Assembly: GCF_009914755.1 (NCBI RefSeq)
Contig: NC_060935.1
Direction: 5' to 3' (one strand)
DNA length: 64,000 bases
Origin: the human T2T-CHM13v2.0 reference genome, Homo sapiens
Shown here: one piece after another, positions 1 through 16,897 of the stretch
How the letters are laid out: each line of letters opens with the position of its first letter
Position numbering within the stretch: position 1 is the stretch's first letter
Program-made: the position numbers and the translations under genes
The notes under the pieces: model-generated
What the model saw: the letters and a program-made list of their open reading frames with translations, nothing else
What the model was told of the DNA's origin: nothing
Database searches by the model: none

Positions 1-71
1 AAAAGGTAGCAAAATGAGAAGGAAAAAACAAAAAGGTCTAGAGTTCAAGCCAGTTTCACCTCTACCTCACC

Positions 72-75
<4 letters not shown>

Positions 76-116
<41 letters not shown>

Positions 117-132
117 AGAGAGAGAAAGAGAG
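76..132. repeat. (GT)n-(GA)n compound microsatellite
   Basis: Directly visible run of about 18 GT units followed by AG units. Confidence 0.95.
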
Positions 133-559
133 ACCAGGATCTCTGCTTTCTCATCTAAACAAGGGAGAGGATGAGCTAGATGATCTTAAGGGTCCCTCAA
201 GCACCTACATTCTGTGAATCTATGAAAACAAGAAACTATGCTTTCTCAAAGCTCTGCAGTTAAGATTCCTTCCTGAGATGGCATCCCACAGTTTTAAATA
301 GGTATTTCATACATATCATCTAATACAATCACCACAATCCTGAGGTAAGTTTTACTTGTAGATTAGAAAATTTGGGAGCAGACTTGCCTACAATCATTAA
401 GTAATTAAAATCCAAAAAGTCTGGCATCAAAGCCAAGGCTCTTCACATTCTATTTTACCTCCCCTAAAAAATTTCAAGTTGAATCAAGAAAACATACTTC
501 AGTGTAGTAAGAAGAAATGACATTAAGAACTTGCCATGTATACAAACCATGATGTCAAT

Positions 560-725
560 ATAGTATTTTTCTTCATTCTTACAATCCTACAAGATAGATA
601 TTACTACCGTCATTCTTACAATCCTATGAGATAAATACTACTACTGTCATTTTACAGATGAGGAAACTGAGTAATTTACTCATACAGCTACTGAGAGCTG
701 GGATTTGAACCCAGGTCTGATTCCA
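560..725 (-). mobile_element. MIR fragment containing a 37-bp tandem duplication
   Basis: MIR core cattttacagatgaggaaactga and ctgggatttgaacccaggtctga. Confidence 0.75.
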
Positions 726-1649
726 AACGTTCATTCTTCAGTATCTTAATGAGAACCATTTGCCTACATGCCAAGTGCTAGGGTTTAAGCTATTTATGCA
801 CTTGGCAATTTCCCTCTCAGAAGCAGCTGCTTTGAGAAAGAGAAGGCTAAGGGGTATACCAGGGCCCCAAGTCAAGCAGTCCTTTATGACGTAAGTCCAT
901 CTGTCTTTCTCATAGCCAGAATGCACTGGAACATGTGGCAGGGCTTTGGAACTACTTTCTGTTTCTAAATTCCCTCTGATCTAGTCACTTAGGGAAGTAC
1001 AATTATATTTGTGTTTTATTTCAATTTTTATTTTCTATATCTATGCATGTTTATACATTATTTCTATTATATATAATTGATATACTATATAATACATCAC
1101 AGGCATGAACTGTCAAATGCATAAGAAACTTTGGTAAAGGAGACCCAAAAAGAAAGTTAGCTCAAAGCATGAGTGGTTTACAGAAAAGAGTTCCAGAGAA
1201 ATGAAATCATTTAATACATGAACACACAGGGTAATGCTAAAGTCAGCTCTGCTTCTACTGAGCACTCTTTACCCTGCAACCTTTGAATATACCTCACATA
1301 TTCCCACCTCCAACTTTTTGCTTGCTTTTTCTTCTCCTTGTTTGGAATGCTCTCTTCTCCTTCTCCCTATCTCAGCAATCTTTTAAAGACTGGCTCAGGT
1401 CCCACTTTTTCCAGGAAGGATTTCCTGACCTTTCTTCTTCCTGTTAATTCCCAAGACACTGAGTCTGCTACACCACCAAGCATCTAGTCATTTCCTATCT
1501 TATATAATTCCTTGCTAGTTTAAAAATCCAAAATGTAAGCTTCTTGAGGACCAAAATTACCACTTCCAATTACAATCCCTGTACTTCTGAATTTCAATAC
1601 AGCACATGGCTTACTTAGTTGAAGAACACTCTAGAAAATATTAGGGAAT

Positions 1650-1950
1650 GGCCGGGCACGGTGGCTCACGTCTGTAATCCCAGCACTTTGGGAGGCTGAA
1701 GCAGGCAGATCACTTGAGGTCAGGAGTTCAAGACCAGCCTGGCCAACATGGTGAAACTCCATCTCTACTAAAAATACAAAAATTAGCTGGGCGTGGAGAC
1801 ACATGCGTGTAATCCCAGCTACTCAGGAGGCTGAAGCATGAGAATAGCTTGAACCAGGAGGCAGAGGTTGAAGTGAACTGAAATTGTACCACTGCACTCC
1901 AGCCTGGGTGACAGAGTGAGGCTGTGTCTCAAAAAAATAAAGAAAGAAAA
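1650..1950 (+). mobile_element. AluS (Sx/Sz-like)
   Basis: GGCCGGGCACGGTGG start, dimeric Alu, A tail, TSD agaaaatattaggga. Confidence 0.95.
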
Positions 1951-2255
1951 TATTAGGGAGTGACTCTAGAGACCATGATCCCATTCCCTGAGGAAAGAGG
2001 CCCAGGGATGTAAGTTGACTTGTCCTGATTCACAGAGCACAGGACTGTAGTCTACCTGATCAAGTCTTTCACTCTTTATTATACCCCTGATCCCTACTGA
2101 GATTTGACTGGTATCAACTACTAACTGAAATAACAGTTTAACATAGATTAGACGCGGAGTACAAGAATAGCAATGACTTGGTTGAAGTGGGAGAGGAGAG
2201 AAGTAAAAGGAACGGGGAAATCTAGGTGGCAGGATTTAGCTTGGGTACTGTGTAA

Positions 2256-2568
<313 letters not shown>

Positions 2569-3359
2569 TAATATTTAGACTGAGTATTCACCAGTTGGGG
2601 ATCACCAGCAGAAAACAGGATTCAAGAGGCAGGAATACAGGAGAGAAATGGAGAAGTCATACAGTCCCAGAGCCACCTGGAACCCAATTAATCCCTTCTT
2701 GGAAGTAACAATCATCCCCTTCACCTGTGTACAGCCCTTCACCAAGCTCTGCCAGTCACTGTCTCACTGGCTCATCACCACAAACCCAGGAGCTAAACAG
2801 CTGAGGTCAGGGAATTAAAAGAAATTTCTGTTAGTGGAAAGAATCTCAGAGGAAGGATTCAGTATTATTTTTGCCAGTAACTCACTGGGTGACCCAGGGA
2901 AAGTCTGAGTTTCAAGTCTTCAATCTGCAAAATAGGACAATGGTGCATGCTCTGTGTACAGAAGAAGGTAAGTAATAAACCACTCTTCTGGAGAAGATAA
3001 TACCTGAAAGAAGTCATAAAGGATGAACAGGGGTTAGCCAGACCGAGATGGGAAAGGGCATTTCCAAAAGAAACAGAATAAGCAGAGGCCAAAAGAAGTA
3101 AGCAGTGTGATCTTTCTTCCATCTTTCCACCTGCTCAGCAAGTCAACCAAATTTCATAAACTCTTACCAGATTCACAAAGCACATGACTGCAGGCAGGAA
3201 GGCACTAAGAGCTTCGGACTGAGGGAAGACACAATGGAGAAAATAAAGCAAACCTAGGATCCTGATGGTCCCATATCCCAGGGATATAGTATCCCTGGGA
3301 CTACTGCTGCAGTTGCAAATTTTTTATGATGACTAGAAGTATGTCTGCAGGAATCTGAT

Positions 3360-3850
3360 GAAAACTTATGTCTACACAAAAACTTGTATGGGAATGTTCA
3401 CATTAGCTTATTCATAACAGTCAAAAAGTGAAGGCAACCCAAATGTCCCTCAAGTGACGAATAGATAAAATGCAGTACATCCATATACTATTATTCAGCC
3501 ATGAAGAGAAATGAAGTCCTGATCCATGCTACAACATGGATGAACCTTGAAAACATTATGCTAAGTGAAAGAAGCCAGTCACAAAGGGCAATATACTGTG
3601 TAATTCCATTTATATGAAATGTCCAGAATAGGCAAATCCATAGACACAGAGTAGATTAGTGGTTGCCAGGGGAGAAGGGAGAAGTGAGGAATGACTGCAA
3701 TGAGTATGAGGTTTCTTTCTGGAGTGATGAAAATGTATTGGAATTAGTTGTAATGGTTGTACAATCTTATGAATATACTAAAAACCACGGAATTGTACAT
3801 TTTAAGATGGTGACTTGTATGGCATGTGAATTATATCTCAATTTTTTAAA
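3360..3850 (+). mobile_element. L1M (MB-type) 3' end fragment
   Basis: Typical L1MB 3' motifs: catggatgaaccttgaaaacattatgctaagtgaaagaagccagtcacaaaag and gaattatatctcaa. Confidence 0.85.
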
Positions 3851-3889
3851 AAAAAGTGAATGTAATTTACTATATTAAGAAAATAAAGA

Positions 3890-4480
3890 AGAAAATATAT
3901 ATAATCAATTCAATTAATGCAGAAAAAAGCATTTGCTGAAATGTGATATCAATCATGATTAGAAACTCTTAGCAAACTAGGATTACAAGGGAATTTACTT
4001 AATCTAATAAAAGGTAATTACCAAAAACTGGAGCAAACATTATACTCAATTCTAAAATGCTGAAAGCTTTTCCTGAGATTAAAAACAGGAGAAGGGTATT
4101 CCTCCTCACCACTTCTATTCATCATAGTACTGAAGGTATTAACCAGTGCAATTAGGCAAGAAAAAGAAGTAAAAGGAGAAGGATTACAAAGAAAGAAAAA
4201 GAACTATTACAATTTACAGATCATGTGCTCATGTACGTGAATACAGAAAACTCAATAGAAAAACCTTCATGTCTCTGAGTAGGTAAAGATTTCAAAAATA
4301 GAACCACAAAGCATTAGAAAGGAAATAATTAATAAATTTGACCACATTAAAATTCTATCTCACATCATGCCAAGCATCTGTCTAAGATTACAGGGGAATT
4401 TACTTAATCTAATAAAAGCTAAGAGCACAGAAGATATTTGTAACATATATAACTGACAGAAGACTTATATCTAAATAAGG
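3890..4480 (+). mobile_element. Old L1 ORF2 fragments
   Basis: Degenerate ORF2 motifs (caattaatgcagaaaaagcattt, ctcaccacttctattcatcatagtactgaag, gcaattaggcaagaaaaagaa). Confidence 0.75.
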
Positions 4481-4507
4481 ATTCCTACAACGATGTTAAG
4501 AATTCTT

Positions 4508-4799
<292 letters not shown>

Positions 4800-5700
4800 G
4801 AATTCTTTAAGTTACAGGAAATATATGTGCTTTGTAAACTAAAGAACTTTACAAACATGAGTTGTCATTAATATAAAAAACTGTTAGGTTTCTCAGCCCA
4901 TTCATTAAGACAGAGAAACTGTGGTTGAGGTGAGAAAGAGGAAAGAATCATCTTGATTTCATGTATCTAGAGATCTTGGGATTGAGAAAATAAAGCGGGA
5001 AAAGAAGCTTCCAACCTCACCCATCCCAACTTTAACCCTATCTTTGACCTAGACCACTTGGCTTTCTGATAGCATGGGAAATGAGGCTGACACTGCAAAA
5101 TCCCATGTCTTGGTATAGCCATCAAAGTTTCAGCACAAATCACTGGCCTTTTTTAAAAAAATTATTTTTAAGCAGCACCTCTCATTGGCTCCACTGAGCT
5201 AATCTGAGCTCAAGGCAGTAAAACGTTCCAAACTTGGAGAGATAAACACTGACATAGTCCAATGTTAAAATTAACTTTGCTAAACTCTTCCCAAGCTCAG
5301 AGAATTCCACTTTGCTTGTGAAAATGCAGCCAGAAAAAGATTTCAAACTAAATGCTGAAAGACTTCTTAGAATAAACCAAAGGCTCCAGATCCTAACCAC
5401 AGGAACCAGGCTTTCCCACATGGAATTCTGCAACTCAGCATCACCTATTACAGGCCCTCAATTACAGCTTCTCTTTCCAATCATTTATGCATCCCCCAGG
5501 CACATACTGAGGCCATGCTAGAGAGGTCAGCATTAGGTAATGCCCAAAGACATTCTACCCACTGGCAGCTCAAATCTCAACCATTACTACAGCCTACAGA
5601 TCATTCTTCTTTCTCATCTCCCAAAAATCTCTCTAGAGACCCAAGACAACTCCTCTAGAAATTCTGACTCCAAAGGTCTGGATGGAATGCAGGTATCAGT

Positions 5701-6307
<607 letters not shown>

Positions 6308-7284
6308 CTGTATTTTTTAAAAGCACCATAAGTGAGTCCAACATGTAATCAGGGTTGAGAACAACTAAGAGAGATAGTTATGTTACAATGGAACAGATAA
6401 TTTAGGAAGACTTAGTTCCATACTCAGCTCTCCCACTTTCCACTTGTGAGACCTTGAGCAACTTACTTTTCTCTAAGCCTTAGCCTCCCCAACTAAAAAT
6501 GAGTTGTTGTAGGTATCAAATAAAACAATAAATGAGGTTTCCATTTTTAAAAAACAAACCTCCTATTTGTATTGCATTTTAGTTTAGAAAATGCTTTTAT
6601 ATCTACTATGTCAAATGACAAAAGCCTACTAATGATATAGGATGAATGGGAAGTGAGGATATTGGAATGAAATTTAAAAAATAAATCAGAGTTAACAAAT
6701 GTCAGTGGCTGGACTCAATCTGTGTTATAAGTCCAGTTCCAGACATAACTCTATGCAGCTGGTATAAATGCTCAAATACTACATGAAGGGCATATACCAC
6801 TTCAAAGACTACCAACACTGCTGTGTATCCTTATAGGACTAAGTTGAGTAGCTTACTGGTTGATCAAAGGCTCCAAACAAAAGAAAAACACCTCAGACTT
6901 CTTTCACTTTGATGTATGCATTAGTTATAGCCATCAAGGGTCTTAAAGCAAAGGGATGAAACCTATGTGCCCAGGGCAAATATAGAAAATCTGTAACCAA
7001 AGGATGAAAGATAGTTAGATCATTTTGCAAGAACTTCTTATAACTCTGTATGTTTTCTACCTCTATGTTTTCAGCCTGCAGAGATGCAGTTTTGATCTTG
7101 AGGCTATGAGATGTATTTTCAGATCAGATTTAGCCTAAGGTTACTTAGATTTAGCCTAGGATTTTCTACAGCTGTATCATTGAATAAAGTACTTTACAAT
7201 GGCCTAGTTTCTTTTCACCTATATAGACAAGCCTGATCTAACCACGCCTTTGCAATATCACATTTATGTAATTATAGGATTCTA

Positions 7285-7586
7285 TTTTATTTTATTTTGT
7301 TTTTTGAGACGGAGTCTCGCTCTGTCGCCCAGGCTGAAGTGCAGTGGCGCAATCTTGGCTCACTGCAAGCTCCGCCTCCTGGGTTCACGCCATTCTCCTG
7401 CCTCAGCCTCCCCAGCAGCTGGGACTACAGGCACCCGCCACCACGCCCGGCTAATTTTTTGTATTTCTAGTAGAGACGGGGTTTCACCGTGTTAGCCAGG
7501 ATGGTCTCCATCTCCTGACCTCGTGATCCACCCGCCTCGGCCTCCCAAAGTGGTGGGATTACAGGCATGAGCCACCGTGCCTGGCC
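7285..7586 (-). mobile_element. AluY
   Basis: AluY diagnostics gcaagctccgcc, ttcacgccattc, accgtgttagccaggatgg; TSD ttataggattcta. Confidence 0.93.
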
Positions 7587-7839
7587 AGTTATAGGATTCT
7601 AAAGCTAAAAGAAACTGCACATGCCTACTGCTCTCTCTCCTTTTCTAGATGAAGGCACTGACGTCTACAGAGAAATAATTGACCCAAATCAGACAGCCAA
7701 TTTATCGAAGAACCAATACTATAATCCCAATATCTAGACCCCCACTTTCCCATTTAGCACATAAGATTGTCCCTCCAGGTTCCAATGATGTCTGAAGGCT
7801 CTGCTTCCATCTGCTGTTTCAGACTGGAATCTTCTTTTT

Positions 7840-8800
7840 TAAAAATCAGCTTTATTGAGATGTAATTCACTTACCAAACAATTCACCCATGAAGTGTAAA
7901 ATTCAATGGCTTTTAATATATTCAGAGAGCTGGACAGGTATCACCAAAATCAATTTTAGAACATTTCATCACTACAAAAAGAAACCCCACCCCTCTTAGT
8001 AATCATCTCCTAGTTTTAATTGCCTCTCCCTCTCTGCAGCCCGAGGCAACCGCTAATCTACTTTCTATCTATGAATTTACCAATGCTGGACATTTCCTAC
8101 AAATAGAATCATACTATATGTGATCCTTTGTAACTGGCTTCTTTCACTTAACACAGCATTTTCAAGGGTCATCCATGTCATGGCACGGATCAGAACTTCA
8201 TGTCTTTGTTACCAAATATTTCATTGTATGGATATTCCACATTTTATTATTTATCTATTCATCAGCTGATGGGGTATTTGGGTTGTTTCTGCTTTTTGGC
8301 TATTATGAATGCTGCTATAAACATTCATGTACTGCTGGTAACTCTATGTTTAATCTTTTGAGGAACTGCCAGACTGTTTTCCACAGAGGCTGCACCATTT
8401 TACATTCCCACCAGCAATTATGAGGGTTGCAATTTCTCCACATCCTCACTAACACTTGTTATTATCTTTTTTATTATAGCCATCCTAGTGAGTGTGAAGT
8501 GGTATCTCATTGTGGTTTTGATTTGCATTTCCCTGATGGCTAATGATTTGAGAATCCTTTCATGTGCTTCTTGGCCATTTGTATATGTTCTTTGGAGATA
8601 TGTCTATTTAGATATTTTGCCCATTTTAAAATTACTTGTCTTTCGGTTGTTGACTTGCAATAGTTCTTCTTCACATATTTTAGATACACATCCATTATAA
8701 AATATGTAATTTGGGAAATTTTTCTCCTTTCTGTGTGTTACCTTTTTGCTTTCCGGATGATGCCCTTTGAAACATAAATGTTTTTAGTTTTGATGATGCC
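7840..8800 (-). mobile_element. L1MB-type 3' fragment (same sense as PAK1)
   Basis: Reverse L1 3' motifs: gctttattgagatgtaattcac, ttgaggaactgccagactgttttccac, gtggtatctcattgtggttttgatttgcatttccctgatg. Confidence 0.88.
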
Positions 8801-9124
8801 TACTGGATGAGAATCTTATTACCTTTCTAGTTTGAGTCAGCAAGAACAATTTAAACTTTTTAATTTAAAAAGTCCTCTTTCACTACATGTAGACACTTGG
8901 GCTGAAAGCCTATTTATAGAGATCAAGAACACTGGTTGATAAGATACAATATTAAAAATAAATACACATCTAAATTGAGGGATAAACAAAGTGGCTACAT
9001 ATGTGGAAGAAGACTGCAGGGCATTTAACACTGTCTCAGATCATAGCCCTTGTACCAAGGAAGTTGGCAGCTACTATATGAATGAATTAGTCAGGAAATC
9101 AAGGTTAAGCACCTTACCCATATC

Positions 9125-9778
<654 letters not shown>

Positions 9779-11230
9779 TGAAGTAGAAGGACTCATACAC
9801 ATAACGATATAAGCCCAATGTACTCATTAAAAGTCCTTATTATTTCTCATTTCACTTGTACGACATTTACAATACATGAGATCTGCTTATAAGACATATC
9901 TATATAAAGACACTACAAATGCAATGTGTCCAAAATAATCATCTTCCCTGCTCTCCAATCACCAACACTCCTAATTTGTTCCTTCTTTCTATGTTCCCTA
10001 TTGGGCTAATGACACTACCATCTACCATCTCCCCTGATCCGTAGTTAGGCAATTATATTTTTCTACAACATGAGATATTTTCCGCAATCTACCATTGTGC
10101 TTGTTGTATCTGCCCTACTGTTTCAGAATCTCAGTTCTGATTTTACCATGTAGTCTACCAGCTATGCCTCCCAGTTTCTATTCATCAACAAAGGAGTAAA
10201 GAGACAGAGACAAAGGAGTAAAGAGACAGAGAACTAACATTCAAATACCTTCTGTGTGGAAGGTACTCTATTAGGAACTTTGTATGTAGTCTTCACAACA
10301 ACCCTGTGAAATGATATCTCACTTTTAAAATAGGAAACTAAATAAAGGTCAAAGCAGTTAACTGACATGCCTAAGATCAGAAAGCTGGTAAGTGGTGACC
10401 CAGCTCCATCTAAACCAGAAGCTCATGGTAACTACTTACACACAGAAAGCAAGCCAGTATCTTTAGCATGCCATAAGAACAGGGCCCACAAATATAAGGA
10501 GAACTTTACTTCAGAGCAACAGCCACTTAAATCAACATTTTTGGTACCAAACAAAAGTCATCTTTTGTTGTGGACACCAAAACCTTTATTTTACAACCTT
10601 GTCTACGAGGATCTTGGTGACTTTTTCATATACACTATTAAATCAACAGTGTTAAAATCAGTGTTAAAATCACCACTATTCATCATATGATTACTCTTCT
10701 ATTAACAGAAGTTTTATCAATAAAAAGGAAATGAGGCTGCCCAGGATAATTTATTCATAGTAAACTCATGCTGAATGCTAGTTATCTCTGCATCCTTTTC
10801 TCAGCTGTTACTTGCCATTCTTACTGATACGTAGTCCCCAAACCTGAAAGTGGGACCAGGAAGCTGGAATAAAGAAAAGGCAATCAAGATTTTGGAAAGA
10901 AAACATTTCCAATTGAAACTAACTCGGGGGGAAAAAAATTCCAAATAAAGACATTTCAATTTTTCTTACATTTTGTGGCTTCATAAACAGTTTAAGAATT
11001 TAAAAATAAATAAATCACTTCAGATTGTCCCAAATCTGGCAAGAGCATAATTATTCTCTTACAGTTTTGCTCAGATATAGTTAATAGAGTATAAAAATAG
11101 GTCTATTTTCCATTTTGCTTCAGCCACTGTAGGGAGAAAGGGAAATATTTAACCAGAAAGAAAACATTAAAGGAAAATTAAGTCAAAGACAACAGATCTT
11201 TTATCCAGGTTACCCAAAATAATTTTTTTA

Positions 11231-11510
<280 letters not shown>

Positions 11511-11963
11511 TTTATTATTTTTGACCAAAAGGAAATACATGTTAAAAAATTGCAAAGAATCAAAATTATACAGCCCTTCCTTCAGGGTCTAGCTCAAGTC
11601 CTTCCACTGCACACCATGATATTGCTAACACTCACTGATGTAAATGCCTACTATATGCCAAGCACTAATGAAAAATCACAATATCTTGCTTTTCTTTGCA
11701 TTCCCATTCTGAGACATTGCAAAGCACGGAAAACCATTATGATGTAGTTGAAAGCAGAAATTTGGCCTAGCAAAAACTAAGTGTGAATCCCAGTACCACT
11801 TACTAACTTTAGAGAAATTCTTCAACCTCTTAGGTTTCATTTATTCATCTATGTGAAGATTAAATAAAACTGCTAACAGCATTCCACATACTGAGTTCTC
11901 TGCCAACCTCTAATTTTATAACCTTAGACAAGTTACACTTTCCCTCTTGGGAATGGACTGTAT

Positions 11964-12159
11964 CAAGGGTCAGGAAAGCTGCTGTTTTTGTAGATAGTTT
12001 TATTGGAACACAGCCACACCCATTCATTTATAAATTGTCTATGGCTTTTTTTTTTTACCTGATGCTGGCAGAGTTCAGTAGTTGCAACAGAGATTGTATG
12101 TCCACAAACTTACATTATTTACTATCTTGCCCTTTACAGCAAAAGTTTGCTAACCCCTG
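11964..12159 (-). mobile_element. MER58A (hAT-Charlie)
   Basis: TIR-like ends caagggtcagg...gtttgctaacccctg; internal ttttattggaacacagccacacccattcattta. Confidence 0.85.
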
Positions 12160-12195
12160 AGACTATATAATCTCTCCAGTGTTTCCCTCCTCTGA

Positions 12196-12564
<369 letters not shown>

Positions 12565-12580
12565 TAACCATCCTGTCCTA

Positions 12581-12949
<369 letters not shown>

Positions 12950-13164
12950 AGATGGGGGGGATTTCCTATCACATGTTATCAATAGTTTTAATGAAAATGT
13001 TATTATCTTAAATAAACGTCCTTGACAATGGATACATATGAATGTATCCAGAGTTAAAAATATTGCTCATTAGTCTTCCATGCTGCAGTAGAAATTATAC
13101 ATTTAACCATGACTATTTAAAATATAAGCTCTTTGGAGTTAAACACAACAGTGCTTTAGAGAAT

Positions 13165-13330
13165 AATGGGTTCAAAAAACCAGCACAATAATTACCAAGA
13201 GCTTTTAGAAATATAGATATCCTGGCTTGGCCTCCATAAATTTTGATTTAGAACGGCTGAGTTAAGACCTAATTCTGTATTTTGAAAATTAGTGATCCCA
13301 ATGCCAGTCAGATTTGAATACTACCGCTTT
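13165..13330. mobile_element. MER5-type hAT fragment
   Basis: Degenerate similarity to MER5A/B, recognised by eye. Confidence 0.5.
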
Positions 13331-13500
13331 AGGCATCAATTACTTAAAATACTATGAATAAAATCTATAGGAGTTTTTTTTTTTAACAATTTCTAATAAA
13401 GAACTGATCCCCCCACATCCAGTTTTTTCCTCAATCCTTTATCCAGGAGCTGTCAGTAACCTTAGAACACACTACTCTTCTACTTTTAAAACCCTTCACT

Positions 13501-14330
<830 letters not shown>

Positions 14331-16897
14331 CAAACTTTGCATAAAGATATATACCTTGCCTTTAGGAAGTTTAGTACAGATAAAATTCAAGGTCCTTCAC
14401 TATCTGACATCAACCTGCCTTATCAACTAAGCCACTACACCTAGACACAGCCTAATTCAAACTAATTCAAACCTCAGAAATCTGTTCCACTGTACTTGTA
14501 TTCTTATTTACTTATACACACACACAGACACACACACAAACACACACCCCAACGTGTTTCCTGTCAATGATTTCTCCCTTTTCTGACTGATAAAAATCTT
14601 ACTCATCCATCAAGGCCAAACCCTAACCCCACTTCTTTGCATAATTCATCCTGACCCACCTTTGGCAAACCAACTGCTCCTTCTCTTTTTGAACAAAAGA
14701 AATCAAGCAAGCAAGGACAATCTTGTTAATGCAGATTAACTCTGATGTTCTTTTTATCCATTTCTTCCAGTTTCTCTTCCCAGATTTACCTTTGTTTTCC
14801 CTCCCAACTGTAACTCAAGTCCCTCAGCTCCCGCAAGAGAACTTTTACTGTCTCAGTTCTCAAGTGTACCTTCCCACTCCAGGCTGCCAGTTCCAAAATT
14901 ACACTCCCTGCAGCCATCTGATACCCTAGTCAAGTCCTTCCCTGCCTCCCAGGTCCTTCAACCAACAGCTTCATTGAATGTAACTCCATTTCAGGCCCAC
15001 AGCCCACGATTATGCCAAGAAAGGTTTCACCAACCTTCCTGATACAGGCTTTTCTCCATTTCTCAGTCCTTTTACTATGTTTGGAGAATTCTGTGATAGA
15101 TCTTCACTTTCAAAGAGATTCCATTATTACTTAAAACCTAAAATAAGCATTGGAATCTAATATTTCAATTCTTTTACTACATTCCAGCCTAGGTCATCCA
15201 GTCTATGCTTGAAAAGTTGCAATGACAGGAAATCTAAAATCTCCAAAGACTGTCTCTTCTATCTTCAGCCATCTCATTTAATGAGTTATCACTTATAATA
15301 AGCTCTTACACTGCATTGCAATAATTTGTTTACACATTTGCTTTCCCTTTCACCCCTCTCCCCTGCTAGACATAGACTATAAACACCTCAAGAACAAAGT
15401 TCATGTCCTATGTATTTCTCGATCTGCAACACCACGCCTGGCACAGAACAGGTAATCAATAAAGATTTGTTGAATAAACAAACGAATGAATAAACAAAGA
15501 AAAAACTTCCATCTGTTAGTACTAAATCTTGTATCTTAGAGCTATTCAGAAAAGACCACTATCTCTTCCCCAGACAGAACTTTAGATACCTGAAATACTC
15601 TTTTGAGACCTCCCAAATCTATTTTCTCAATGCCAAACATTTCCAGGACCTTCAACTATACTCACAGAACACAATTTTGTGCTTTCTTAATCACTTCCTT
15701 CTGAACTTACTTAAGGTTTCTATACTACTTTCCAGCTTCCCTGCAGCCCTCCAACAAGCCCTTTCTTATAGGTTCTCCACAAGTCTTTCCTCTTTTTACC
15801 CTCATTGATCCTCCAATGGTCATTTTGTATATCTACACTCATCAAAATAATTAGCACATTTTAAAACCTGTACCATTTTAAACTTTGTTTACAGGAAAAC
15901 AGGTCCAAAACAACAAACATGCTCAACTTTTGAATAAAGTGAGTATACACACCTTAATCTTCTAATAGTCTCTGTAGACCAAAAGTTTGGAAGGATGAAA
16001 AACCAATGCCTCAGACATGCTGCAATATAAAGCTAGGCATGAGGCCAACATTATAACAGCTCAGATAGCACCATTCTATCCATCCTGGACAACAAATGAA
16101 TACAACAGACAGAGAGAAAGACAGAGCGATCACATTTTACCAATGCCCCAGAGGCTCAGGGAACCTAACAATTTATGAGCAACTAATTATATTGAAGCAT
16201 TAATTATGAATCAACTGAATGACTCTATAATAAATGCAGGATCACTGTGAGGTTTCAAAAGGTAGGGCAATATTTTAAAAGATTACTGGAATTAAAGTCA
16301 GGAGACCCAGGTTTAAGTCCTGGCTCTGCAATTTATAAGCCATCGCCCCTGTAGAAGTCCCATCACCTATGACCTGTAATTTGATGTTTCTCGCTATGCA
16401 GTCTCTAGACTTAATACTGGTCAAGAGGCAACCAAGGAGGGGAAGTGATTTGTGCCTCTTTTGAAGCATGCTATACAAGGCATAAAGATACAGTGCTACA
16501 GTAGAAAGACGGGAAAGAAAACACTTTTCAAGTAGCCACTGTGTGTAAGGTACTTTACATACTGAATCAAAGTAGACAGGGATTCAGAGAAGGAATGTGC
16601 TCACCAACAACTACCTCTTTCTACTCTTATTACCCTGGATTCCACAGTCACCGGTATAAAACAAAACCAAGTTAATCAACTATTTTAAGATGCACATAAC
16701 ATCAAAGCCAAAGGCTTCTTTGGAAGTCATCCAACCTGACTGCCTAATGTTACAGGTAGGAATACTGAAGTCCAGAGTGCAAGAGGAAATTACCTAAGAT
16801 CACACAGCAATTTATAGGTAGAGTAGGGATAGAACCCTCTTTAAACTGATAGAAATTTTACTTATCCTTCCCAGCAAAACTCAAACCTCATCTTTAA

